From the IMG/VR virus record IMGVR_UViG_3300017700_000482, positions 1 through 39,827 of that record: a stretch of DNA of 39,827 nucleotides, one strand, 5' to 3'. Numbering within the stretch: the stretch's first letter is position 1; each line of letters begins with the position of its first letter. Source of the stretch: a virus. Lineage: Duplodnaviria > Caudoviricetes. A program made the translations under genes and the position numbers. The notes beneath the pieces were generated by a model, which was given only the letters and a program-made list of their open reading frames with translations, ran no database searches and had not been told where the DNA came from. Shown one piece after another: positions 1 to 7,568 of this stretch.

Positions 1-42
1 CGGGAGAAATCCGCGATATGGGATAGCTATAGAGAGCTATTT

Positions 43-375
43 TTACCGGCTCGCCATCTTTTGGGCGGCACGGTCGATAAGCTTGGCGAGATCGCCAGAG
101 CTGAGATGTTCGATCAGATCGTCGACATACCCCAAAACCTCCAGCGAGTCTCGCCCCCAGAGTGAGGGATGCGGCGTATCCATCCAGGATGCCGGCTTCT
201 TCGCGGCCTCCTCGACCTTTGCGGCTGTCGCATCGCCAATGTTGGCGTGCTCCTTGACCAGCTGATTGAGGTAGTTCGTATTGTCATACCCCATACGTGC
301 AGCCAGCTCGCCGCGCGTCATTTCAACGTCGGCAAGATATAGCAGATTAAGTCTTCGTACCTCTCGAATGTGCAC
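43..375 (-). CDS. cI: CI-like phage repressor (XRE HTH), short, no S24 peptidase domain
   Basis: HTH-like segment RGELAARMGYDNTNYLNQLVK..NIGDATAAKVE..PASWMD; divergent from cro. Confidence 0.8.
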   Translation of the reverse strand: MHIREVRRLNLLYLADVEMTRGELAARMGYDNTNYLNQLVKEHANIGDATAAKVEEAAKKPASWMDTPHPSLWGRDSLEVLGYVDDLIEHLSSGDLAKLIDRAAQKMASR

Positions 376-386
376 TGAACCCCTCC

Positions 387-468
387 AAGCAATTTACTAA
401 TTTTACTCTAGGCCGTTGACTGACTGTTATTAGTGCTCTACTATCCGATCTATGTTATCTATTTACTA
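387..468. promoter_or_regulatory. OR operators, consensus TAGT-N5-ACTA
   Basis: AAGCAATTTACTA 387-399, TAGTGCTCTACTA 431-443, TATCTATTTACTA 456-468; the same palindrome recurs at PL. Confidence 0.6.
416..444 (+). promoter_or_regulatory. PR-like sigma70 promoter
   Basis: TTGACT(416-421), 17-bp spacer, TACTAT(439-444), upstream of cro. Confidence 0.75.
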
Positions 469-479
469 ACAACGGAGTA

Positions 480-746
480 GTGAGACTCATGGCGCCCCCC
501 AAAAAGACCCGCCCCCAGACCCGGCACGAGAAGGCTCTCACCGCCCTCTATGACGCGCACAGTCCTGAACAGCTGGCCAAGTGGGCGGCTGCGGCCGGGA
601 CGACCCCTGACAACCTCCGCGTGATCCTTTGCTACGGCGGCAACTGTTCTCCGAAGCTCGCGCTTGCACTGAGTGAAGTGAGCGGCGGCAGTCTCGCCAA
701 AGAGAAGATCCGCCCGGACATTTTCGGCAAGTCGAAAGCCGCCTAA
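480..746 (+). CDS. cro: Cro/YdaS-like HTH regulator
   Basis: Divergent from repressor; HTH-like core and C-terminal RPDIF motif typical of Cro/YdaS proteins (start may be ATG 489). Confidence 0.8.
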   Translation: MRLMAPPKKTRPQTRHEKALTALYDAHSPEQLAKWAAAAGTTPDNLRVILCYGGNCSPKLALALSEVSGGSLAKEKIRPDIFGKSKAA

Positions 747-795
747 CCAACCCGCCAAAGCATCGGCAAACCAACCCAATGATGGAGCAGTAACC

Positions 796-990
796 ATGTA
801 TGACGACCCAGCTGATATCCGCAAGCACTTAGTGGCGGTGCGGGTTAATGACACCAATCGCGAGCGCCTGCAGGAAAAGGCGCGAGCCTACCGTATGCAG
901 CCGTCGACGTTTGCACATGACGTGCTGGTGGCCGTCCTTCAGGCAGATGATCAAACGAGTGCCCAGCTTACCGGGTTGCTCGGGCTGTAG
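796..990 (+). CDS. Small DNA-binding protein in the cII position (ribbon-helix-helix-like)
   Basis: GGAG RBS; beta-strand VAVRV followed by two helices; directly after cro. Confidence 0.55.
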   Translation: MYDDPADIRKHLVAVRVNDTNRERLQEKARAYRMQPSTFAHDVLVAVLQADDQTSAQLTGLLGL

Positions 991-1062
991 AAGACACGCA
1001 TCACGCACGGAAGCGCGCCGACACCGTTACTACAGCGTTACGCAAAAGATATGGGGCGAGAC

Positions 1063-1290
1063 ATGGAACTACATATAACTGAACGGCAAGCGGAACTTCT
1101 GCGCCGTCGCAACCCGGGTATGACGATCGAGCAAGCAGTGAATCGCGAATTGGCGCAAGCCATGTGCGACGGCACTGCTGATGCGGTTGCTCGTTCGCGG
1201 CGCAAGGGCGCTATCACTAAAGCGTTACTCATTTTGGCAGCGGTTATCGGAATGATTATCTACAGAACTTTTCTGAGGAGCCCGGCATGA
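1063..1290 (+). CDS. Hypothetical protein with C-terminal TM helix
   Basis: Hydrophobic LLILAAVIGMIIY; ATGA-coupled to next gene; start 1051 or 1063. Confidence 0.55.
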   Translation: MELHITERQAELLRRRNPGMTIEQAVNRELAQAMCDGTADAVARSRRKGAITKALLILAAVIGMIIYRTFLRSPA

Positions 1291-1445
1291 AACCAACCCT
1301 GAAATTCTCCCCACCGCTCCAAGCTGATATCGACATTGCGAACTGGCGGCGTGCGCAGAGCTGTGCCGCGCGCGTCGGGTTCTGGCTGGCAATCGGCTGC
1401 GTTGCTTGCTCGTACCTCTATGGTGCGCTGGTGGGTGGGGCGTAA
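1287..1445 (+). CDS. Small membrane protein (52 aa, not in ORF track)
   Basis: GAGGAG RBS; ATGA and TAATG overlaps with neighbours; MKPTLKF...VGFWLAIGCVACSYLYGALVGGA. Confidence 0.55.
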   Translation: MKPTLKFSPPLQADIDIANWRRAQSCAARVGFWLAIGCVACSYLYGALVGGA

Positions 1446-1669
1446 TGGCGCTCAAGGATCTCATCTGCATGTTCGTCGGCCACAAATATGCCGTCACCCA
1501 ACAGTTGACGCCGGTTGCTCGGCGACTGTGTTGCGATCGCTGCTGGCGAATGTTCGCGATGAACGATGAAGTTAGATGCGTCGTGCACTGGAATTCGGCG
1601 TTTCACGCGATGTACGAATCGTTCGGCATCGAGGTTATCTATCAAGAACACGAAGGGAAAAGACCATGA
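1445..1669 (+). CDS. Hypothetical Cys/His protein (DUF1660-like CxxxGH start)
   Basis: LICMFVGHKY...CCDRC; TAATG coupling. Confidence 0.55.
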   Translation: MALKDLICMFVGHKYAVTQQLTPVARRLCCDRCWRMFAMNDEVRCVVHWNSAFHAMYESFGIEVIYQEHEGKRP

Positions 1670-1818
1670 CCCTCACCGACATAGCCGACCGCTTCGAGCA
1701 ATCCGAATTACCACCGCTGAACGTCAGCCAGCCGAGCAAGGTTGCTGATCGGGTGCGGAGTGTTTTTGAGTTTTCAACCACCACTGAGGAAATGAAATGC
1801 AATCCACCGAAGAAATGA
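1666..1818 (+). CDS. Hypothetical protein
   Basis: ATGA-coupled short ORF. Confidence 0.4.
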   Translation: MTLTDIADRFEQSELPPLNVSQPSKVADRVRSVFEFSTTTEEMKCNPPKK

Positions 1819-2159
1819 TTCAACAGAAAGGCCTGACTGCGCCGCGCATCACGCCAGCTGACATCGAGGCGAACATTGCTGCCGAGCACTTCTTTACCGC
1901 CGGCCAAGCACTGCGAGCCTTGGATCACCCTACCAGCGATGAATTCAACCTGCTGACGTTCTGCGTGATCAAGCTGAACAACGGCTTCACCGTCACCGGC
2001 GAGAGCGCCTGCGCCAGCCCGGAAAACTTCGACGCCGAGATTGGCCGCAAGATCGCCCGCGAAAATGCGATCCAGAAAGTTTGGCCGCTGATGGGGTACG
2101 AGCTGCGCAGCAAACTGGCTGCAGTTGAAACCGCGATCGAGCCTGATCGTACCGAGTAA
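1797..2159 (+). CDS. Gp49/Sf6-gp66 family protein (PF13876-like; family reported to include the Acb4 nucleotide sponge)
   Basis: APRITPADIEANI...TFCVIKLNNGFTVTGESACASPENFDAEIGRKIARENAIQKVWPLMGYEL signature; GAGG RBS. Confidence 0.85.
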   Translation: MQSTEEMIQQKGLTAPRITPADIEANIAAEHFFTAGQALRALDHPTSDEFNLLTFCVIKLNNGFTVTGESACASPENFDAEIGRKIARENAIQKVWPLMGYELRSKLAAVETAIEPDRTE

Positions 2160-2270
2160 CACCGACTCGCCCCCGCAACGGGGCGACGTATTGAGCTGCG
2201 CCCTGTCTCGTATGCCGCCAGCGTAATGACCGGTGAGAGCATATAGATCACTCGGCAGGGCGCAGCTCAA

Positions 2271-2416
2271 TGCGGTGAATGTGCAGTTGAAGCACCTGTG
2301 CAAGGGCACAGCTTTGGGTCGACTGCCTGTCATGCAGGAGACGGTTCCTGGGGCATTCCGGGCGCCAGGGTTAACGCAAATGTGGGAACCCAAATGCGGG
2401 AAATCCGCACACCGCA
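2271..2416 (+). ncRNA. Putative structured RNA, copy 1
   Basis: Closing stem TGCGGTG/CACCGCA; stems GTGC-AGTTGAA-GCAC, CTGTGC/GCACAG, TTTGGGT/ACCCAAA and TGCGG-GAAAT-CCGCA; same frame as 37310-37499. Confidence 0.6.
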
Positions 2417-2461
2417 GACCTACAACAATCGCCACACGATGGCGGCGCAAGGGGCGAGAGC

Positions 2462-2875
2462 ATGCAGTTAGTGACCATCTGGTGTCGACACTCAATGCTG
2501 CACGGCATGCGTCACAACCATATCGAAAATGGTCTTTCGAAGCTGCGCACGCCAACCCCTATGTGCGATCACCAGCGGCAGGCATGGGCGAAGCAGGACT
2601 GGTTTAGATATTACGGCTTCCTTGACGCAAATAATGTTTTGCACCGGCTACCTATAGAAAAAATGAGGGCGGCGATCATGAACAACGGAACCACCATTGC
2701 ACAGCACAACGCTCAGCTACGTCGCGCCGTAGAGGCACAGCAGCATGAACGGCGGAGCATCTACGACCAACCGCCCGCTGAGGCGCGCTGGTTGATCAGC
2801 CTGGCGCTCGTCATCGTGGCTGGTGCTGCCGCGTTCTTCATTGGCGCTGGGATCGCGGAGTTCTTTCGCGCATGA
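2462..2875 (+). CDS. Hypothetical protein with C-terminal TM helix (start uncertain, possibly 2678)
   Basis: ORF with hydrophobic tail. Confidence 0.45.
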   Translation: MQLVTIWCRHSMLHGMRHNHIENGLSKLRTPTPMCDHQRQAWAKQDWFRYYGFLDANNVLHRLPIEKMRAAIMNNGTTIAQHNAQLRRAVEAQQHERRSIYDQPPAEARWLISLALVIVAGAAAFFIGAGIAEFFRA

Positions 2876-2906
2876 CCCACAAACACCACATCGGCGAGGT
2901 TGCGTA

Positions 2907-3392
2907 GTGAAAGGTTACGTTTACGTTTTATCGAATCCCTCGATGCCTGGGCTGGTGAAGATTGGGCGGTCGATTCATGGCGGGAAGAAGCGGGCCGGTC
3001 AGCTTTGCCAGACGGGCGTGCCGAGCCCATTTGTTTTGGAGTTTGAGCTGTACGCGGATGACTGCGATCTGCTGGAGGATGGTGCGCACGCAGCACTGGA
3101 TGATGTCCGGGTGCCTGGCAAGGAGTTTTTTCGAATTGATGCTGATGTAGCAATCACAGAAATTATGAAGGTTTTTATCGATCAGACGGGGCATGGCTAT
3201 CGAGTGGTTAACCCTGTAGAGGCATCAGCCGTTGACGAAGTCGCCGAGATGGCGCAGCGCTTTGATATTAGCCCTCCTGACGCATCCAGCCTGCTTCGAC
3301 ATCTGCCAGAGCTGGCTGTGCGCACCGCGCACCAACAATGGCGTGATCACCTCGCTAAGCACTCCTTCAAATATGAGGAGGCCTGCTTCTAA
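2907..3392 (+). CDS. T5orf172/GIY-YIG domain protein
   Basis: GYVYVLSNPSMPGLVKIGRS...TGVPSPF...EFF; GAGGT RBS before GTG 2907. Confidence 0.8.
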   Translation: MKGYVYVLSNPSMPGLVKIGRSIHGGKKRAGQLCQTGVPSPFVLEFELYADDCDLLEDGAHAALDDVRVPGKEFFRIDADVAITEIMKVFIDQTGHGYRVVNPVEASAVDEVAEMAQRFDISPPDASSLLRHLPELAVRTAHQQWRDHLAKHSFKYEEACF

Positions 3393-4606
3393 TGGCCCGC
3401 ATTCGAACCATCAAGCCTGAGTTTTTCACGAGCGAAGATATTGTCGAGCTGGAACCGCTTGCTCGCCTTTTATACATCGCGCTGTGGTGTGAGGCTGACA
3501 AAGAGGGGCGCCTTGGGTGGAAGCCCAGGACGTTTAAGATGCGCTACCTCCCAGGGGATGATTGCGACATCGAAGATGTATGCGGCTCCCTGGTTGATTC
3601 TGGTCTGGTGCGCCTGTACGGGAATGGCCTTGCGTATATACCGACGTTCTTGCATCACCAGCACATAAACCCTCGCGAATCTGTTTCGGTTCTCCCTGCG
3701 CCAGAAGATTGCCCCCAAAGCTTTCCTAAAAAAGTAACCACATCGGTTCGCGCAGATGTATTTGAGCGTGATGGAAATTGCTGCATCAGATGCGGGGCGG
3801 TAGAAAAATTAACTCTTGACCATATTCTTCCACAAAGCATCGGCGGCCCGCACATTCATGAGAATTTGCGAGTGATGTGCAGGTCATGCAATAGCGCAAG
3901 GCCGGTGTCTGGCGCCAGACTAAAAGAAGATTTAGAGGCCGATGGGTTCACTGTCGAGGGGCTTCGCGAGAGGTTTGGAATTGACGCGTCGCCACGCGTC
4001 GCGACGCGTGCAGATCAAGATTTGACGCGCAGGAAGGAAGGAAGGAAGGAAGGAAGGGAAGGGAAGGAAGGAAATACCTCTTCTCCGAAGAGGGAGGCGG
4101 ACCCTGACGACTTGAAGGTCTCTGAATTAATTTGGCAAAAAGTTTTAGCGCTCAATCCAACCCATAAACAACCCGATCTTAAAAAATGGGCCGACTGCAT
4201 CCGCTTGATGCGAGAGCAGGACAACCGCACCCACGAACAAATCACCGAAGTATTCCTGTGGGCAAACAGCAACTCCTTCTGGTCAACCAATATCTTGAGC
4301 CCGCCAAAGCTGCGCGAGAAGTTCGACGCGCTCACGGCAAAAATGAATCAAGGGGCAGGCAATGCACAAACTGGAAACGATCACCCAGGCAATCAACGAC
4401 CGGACACTTCCGCAGCTGGTCAAGTCCGCGCAGATATCGCGCGCCGAAGGGCCGAACGCGCCGCTCTCGGAGGATCTGACGGAGAAGCTATGGGGCCTGA
4501 TGGCTTCGATGTACGGCCACAAGTGGGTCAGCAGCTTCGGCGCGAAAGTGGACCCGGACCGGGTATGGGCGAGCTGCTTGAAGGGGATTTCCGAAGAGCA
4601 GATTAA
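3392..4606 (+). CDS. Replication initiator (O-like) with internal HNH endonuclease domain
   Basis: N-terminal MARIRTIKPEFF family start; CxxC..DHILP..GG....NL...CRSCN; C-terminal WADCIRLMREQD..FWSTNILSPPKLREKFD typical of lambdoid O-type initiators. Confidence 0.85.
   Translation: MARIRTIKPEFFTSEDIVELEPLARLLYIALWCEADKEGRLGWKPRTFKMRYLPGDDCDIEDVCGSLVDSGLVRLYGNGLAYIPTFLHHQHINPRESVSVLPAPEDCPQSFPKKVTTSVRADVFERDGNCCIRCGAVEKLTLDHILPQSIGGPHIHENLRVMCRSCNSARPVSGARLKEDLEADGFTVEGLRERFGIDASPRVATRADQDLTRRKEGRKEGREGKEGNTSSPKREADPDDLKVSELIWQKVLALNPTHKQPDLKKWADCIRLMREQDNRTHEQITEVFLWANSNSFWSTNILSPPKLREKFDALTAKMNQGAGNAQTGNDHPGNQRPDTSAAGQVRADIARRRAERAALGGSDGEAMGPDGFDVRPQVGQQLRRESGPGPGMGELLEGDFRRAD
3981..4074. 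repeat. Putative origin iterons plus (GGAA)n tract inside the initiator gene
   Basis: ACGCGT three times at a 10-bp period (3981-4010), a fourth ACGCG near 4025, then a purine-only GGAA run 4031-4074. Confidence 0.55.
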
Positions 4607-4850
4607 ACACGGACTGAATCGCTGCGCGACTGAGTGCAAGACCTGGCCGCCGAGTGCGCCGGAGTTTCGGGCGCTGTGTGTCGACTGGTCGGACGGCACC
4701 AGCGTCGATTGGGAGCATCGCCGCATTGCCGCAGCGGATCAGGCTCAGGGCGAGCAACCGAAGCGCCTGGAGGATTTGACGTACCGCGAGCGGAAGCGGC
4801 AGGAAGGGCGCGAGCGGATGGCTAAGTTGCGGGCGGAGTGTGGGATCTAG
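4362..4850 (+). CDS. Replication protein P-like (helicase loader/inhibitor)
   Basis: LWGLMASMYGHKWVSSFG..W...L.G....I..GL.RC...WPPSAPEFRALC pattern; follows initiator; start may be 4500. Confidence 0.7.
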   Translation: MHKLETITQAINDRTLPQLVKSAQISRAEGPNAPLSEDLTEKLWGLMASMYGHKWVSSFGAKVDPDRVWASCLKGISEEQIKHGLNRCATECKTWPPSAPEFRALCVDWSDGTSVDWEHRRIAAADQAQGEQPKRLEDLTYRERKRQEGRERMAKLRAECGI

Positions 4851-4851
4851 C

Positions 4852-5478
4852 ATGACTATTGAGCTTTTGAACGTCGATTGCATGGAGTACATGCGTGCGC
4901 TGCCAGACAAGGCTTTCGATCTGGCGATCGTCGATCCACCGTATGGGATTAATGCGGCAAACATGGTTATGGGAAAGGGAAAAAATAAAGAGTGGACGCC
5001 CGGCAAGACGTGGGACATGGCTATTCCTGATGCTGCTTACTTTGATGAGCTGGGCCGAGTCTCGGGCAATCAAATAATTTTTGGCGGCAACTACTTCGGC
5101 CTTCCGCCAACCGGCGGATGGATTTTTTGGGATAAGGAGCGAGGTAAGGACGTGTCATTTTCCGATGGCGAACTGGCCTGGACAAGTTTTCTGAATGTCA
5201 TCAAAAAAGCACCAATTCGCTTTGATGGCTTTATTGGCGCCGATGTGCAGCGAATCCACCCCACCCAGAAGCCCGTAAAGCTGTACCAGTGGCTTCTGAC
5301 GAACTACGCCAAGCCGGGCCAGCGCATCCTCGATACCCATCTGGGCAGCGGATCAAGCGCGATCGCTGCGCATTACTTCGGCGCTGACTTTGTGGGCTGT
5401 GAGCTAGACCCTGATTACTACAAGGCAGCCACAGACCGGTTCGATTACGCGACGGCACAGCAAGCGATGTTCAGCTGA
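4852..5478 (+). CDS. Orphan DNA methyltransferase (N4/N6, beta class)
   Basis: DPPY motif, HPTQKP, then DTHLGSGS SAM-binding motif. Confidence 0.92.
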   Translation: MTIELLNVDCMEYMRALPDKAFDLAIVDPPYGINAANMVMGKGKNKEWTPGKTWDMAIPDAAYFDELGRVSGNQIIFGGNYFGLPPTGGWIFWDKERGKDVSFSDGELAWTSFLNVIKKAPIRFDGFIGADVQRIHPTQKPVKLYQWLLTNYAKPGQRILDTHLGSGSSAIAAHYFGADFVGCELDPDYYKAATDRFDYATAQQAMFS

Positions 5479-5522
5479 CCGATTGACTTTTATTGATTTA
5501 GCGCCTGGCGCTGGGAGTGGGT

Positions 5523-5753
5523 ATGAAGTTATTTGTTTGGGCTGATCCGTACCAAGTGTTCTATGGAAACAGCATGCTGTTTGCCGCTGCAGAAACGGTA
5601 GAGGAGGCAAAGGAGTTGGCGTCTAAGGCGCACATGTATCAATACACCGCCCACAGCAACTGTGTGGCCAGTGACCATTTAGCGAGCGCGCTAGGCGACC
5701 CTATCCGCATTCTTGATTTGCCTTGTGCCGAATGGCACGAATGGAGCGGGTAA
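5523..5753 (+). CDS. Hypothetical protein
   Basis: GGAG RBS; TAATG coupling to next gene. Confidence 0.5.
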   Translation: MKLFVWADPYQVFYGNSMLFAAAETVEEAKELASKAHMYQYTAHSNCVASDHLASALGDPIRILDLPCAEWHEWSG

Positions 5754-5935
5754 TGAAAATCGAGCAGCAGAAGCAGGAGTTTAGGCCGGTGTGTATCACT
5801 CTGGAAAATCCGGATGAAATAGATTTTTTGAGAGATGTTTTGTTGTTTGTAAAAACAGAGGGGCGCGGATTGTTGCCAAATCTGGTGCGCACAGAGTCGA
5901 TGCTAAACCTTATGGCTGTGGCCGAAATCTACTAA
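5753..5935 (+). CDS. Hypothetical protein
   Basis: Coupled start MKIEQQKQEFRPVCITLE. Confidence 0.5.
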   Translation: MKIEQQKQEFRPVCITLENPDEIDFLRDVLLFVKTEGRGLLPNLVRTESMLNLMAVAEIY

Positions 5936-5962
5936 CAACCGCCCGAGCGGCGAGGAGATTGT

Positions 5963-6220
5963 ATGGAAAACGATTATGAAAAATTTAGTATTACGGGAGG
6001 TTCGCAACCGGAGCTTCAGCGATTTGTTGATGCAAGAAAGCGATATCTCGTAGAGCAAGACTACCTCGACCGCGTGGCGCTGGAGGCGATGAAGCAGCTG
6101 ATTCCAGAAATGGCATGGGTCGGCAAAGATAACGGCCCCCAGATCAGTTTAGTAGTCAAGACGGCTCACGAAATCGCCCGCGCCATGCTGAAAGAGCGCA
6201 GCCGGGAGCAATCCGAATGA
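5963..6220 (+). CDS. Conserved phage hypothetical protein
   Basis: GAGGAG RBS; D..A..AM..L...A..IA.AML.ER pattern common in lambdoid phages. Confidence 0.6.
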   Translation: MENDYEKFSITGGSQPELQRFVDARKRYLVEQDYLDRVALEAMKQLIPEMAWVGKDNGPQISLVVKTAHEIARAMLKERSREQSE

Positions 6221-6657
6221 GCACCCACTCCGACAAACTAATCCGCTTTAGCTCGCTCTCGGTCGACGTGAAGGAGCCGGTGCGGGCTGAGATTCAGCAG
6301 CAGATAGACGACTGGCTGGCGGCTGGCAACAAGATTCAGGTTGTGCCGCCATTCGTGTACGTGCCGAAGCCGGTGGTCGAGCGCACCGTGTCGACTAAGC
6401 GCGTTAAGAAAGTCCGCACCCGAAGCCCGCACGTTAGCTGGCTGGACCCGGAAGAAATTCTGGCGCTGAGATTCATGAAAGCGCAGGGCATGATCAGCAA
6501 GGCCATTGCGGCCGCGCTCAACGAGCACTGGCACAGCGATCGCAACGAGCGCAGCGTGATGAACTTCTGCAGCCGCAACGGGATTTACAGTGGTGCTGGA
6601 GTGGATCAGCGGGCCGGAACAAAGCTCGGATCGCATGTGCGGAGGGTGGCGGTGTGA
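6217..6657 (+). CDS. SutA-like RNAP-binding domain fused to a C-terminal HTH; putative transcription regulator
   Basis: KEPVRAEIQQQIDDWLAAGNKIQVVP resembles the SutA core; WLDPEEILALRFMKAQGMISKAIAAALN is HTH-like. Confidence 0.6.
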   Translation: MSTHSDKLIRFSSLSVDVKEPVRAEIQQQIDDWLAAGNKIQVVPPFVYVPKPVVERTVSTKRVKKVRTRSPHVSWLDPEEILALRFMKAQGMISKAIAAALNEHWHSDRNERSVMNFCSRNGIYSGAGVDQRAGTKLGSHVRRVAV

Positions 6658-6860
6658 GCGGGATCGGCGTTATTTGCTTCCCGATGGCGGCGTTTTTGTG
6701 TGTGCCTGTCATGTCTCCGCGAGAGCCGGAACAGCCTAAGCCTGCGCAACCGGAAGCTTTTGGGCTGGTAGCGGTACACCTGAAAGGCAGCTCGGGTAAC
6801 TCGTGGGCTAATTATTGGGAGCATCGGGAAATGCGCATTGCAACCCGGCTGGAGTTCTGA
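6654..6860 (+). CDS. Hypothetical protein
   Basis: GTGA-coupled ORF. Confidence 0.4.
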   Translation: MSGIGVICFPMAAFLCVPVMSPREPEQPKPAQPEAFGLVAVHLKGSSGNSWANYWEHREMRIATRLEF

Positions 6861-6861
6861 G

Positions 6862-7320
6862 ATGGCCGAAGCTCTGATGCTCCGCACGCCCACCGGCTAC
6901 GTCCCCAGCGACGAGCATGAAGCCGAACGTCTGCGGCGCCACAAGGCCGGGAAACTCTATCGCATGGAGTTCACGGAGGTTCGCAATCCGAAGTTTCACC
7001 GGAAGTTTATGGCCATGCTCAACGTCGGTTTCGATGCCTGGGAGCCAGATACGAAACAGTTCCGGGGCCAGTCGGTCGCCAAGAACTTCGATCGGTTTCG
7101 AAAAGACTGCGTGATCATGGCCGGCTTCTACGAGGCGACCTACGACATTAACGGCGACGTGAAGCTGACCGCCAAGAGCATTTCGTTTGCCAATATGGAG
7201 GAACCGGAGTTCGAGCGCGTGTACAGCGAGGTCGCCAACGTGCTGCTACGCAAGGTGCTGAAGAACTATACGCGGGCCGACCTCGATAACGTGGTCGATC
7301 AGATATTGGCGTTTGTGTGA
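6862..7320 (+). CDS. DUF1367/NinB-like protein
   Basis: RNPKFHRKFMAMLNVGFDAWEP...AKSISFANMEEPEFERVY. Confidence 0.8.
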   Translation: MAEALMLRTPTGYVPSDEHEAERLRRHKAGKLYRMEFTEVRNPKFHRKFMAMLNVGFDAWEPDTKQFRGQSVAKNFDRFRKDCVIMAGFYEATYDINGDVKLTAKSISFANMEEPEFERVYSEVANVLLRKVLKNYTRADLDNVVDQILAFV

Positions 7321-7568
7321 TGAAAGAATTAAAGCCCTGCAAGCATGGCCATACCGGGATAAGAGATTCCAGAGGGCGTTGCGTTGAGTGCCATCGCATT
7401 GAAAAAAGAAAATACAATCATTCGCCGGCCGGGAAAAAAGCAAGAGCCAAGGGAAATGCAAACACGCTTGCCAAGGAGGCGGCAGCGGCCGGAGTCGATG
7501 GCGACATTCGCAGAGAAATTGAAAACCGCCGATTGGATAGAGAGCTGGAGGCATTGTTGAATGCCTAA
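7317..7568 (+). CDS. Small Zn-binding hypothetical protein
   Basis: KPCKHGH....R..CVEC motif. Confidence 0.55.
   Translation: MMKELKPCKHGHTGIRDSRGRCVECHRIEKRKYNHSPAGKKARAKGNANTLAKEAAAAGVDGDIRREIENRRLDRELEALLNA

Noticed and set aside
376-480. LexA (SOS) box controlling induction
   Set aside because: No CTGT-N8-ACAG match seen here or in the other intergenic gaps inspected by eye.
4852-5478. Restriction-modification system
   Set aside because: No adjacent restriction endonuclease; orphan methyltransferases are routine in nin regions.
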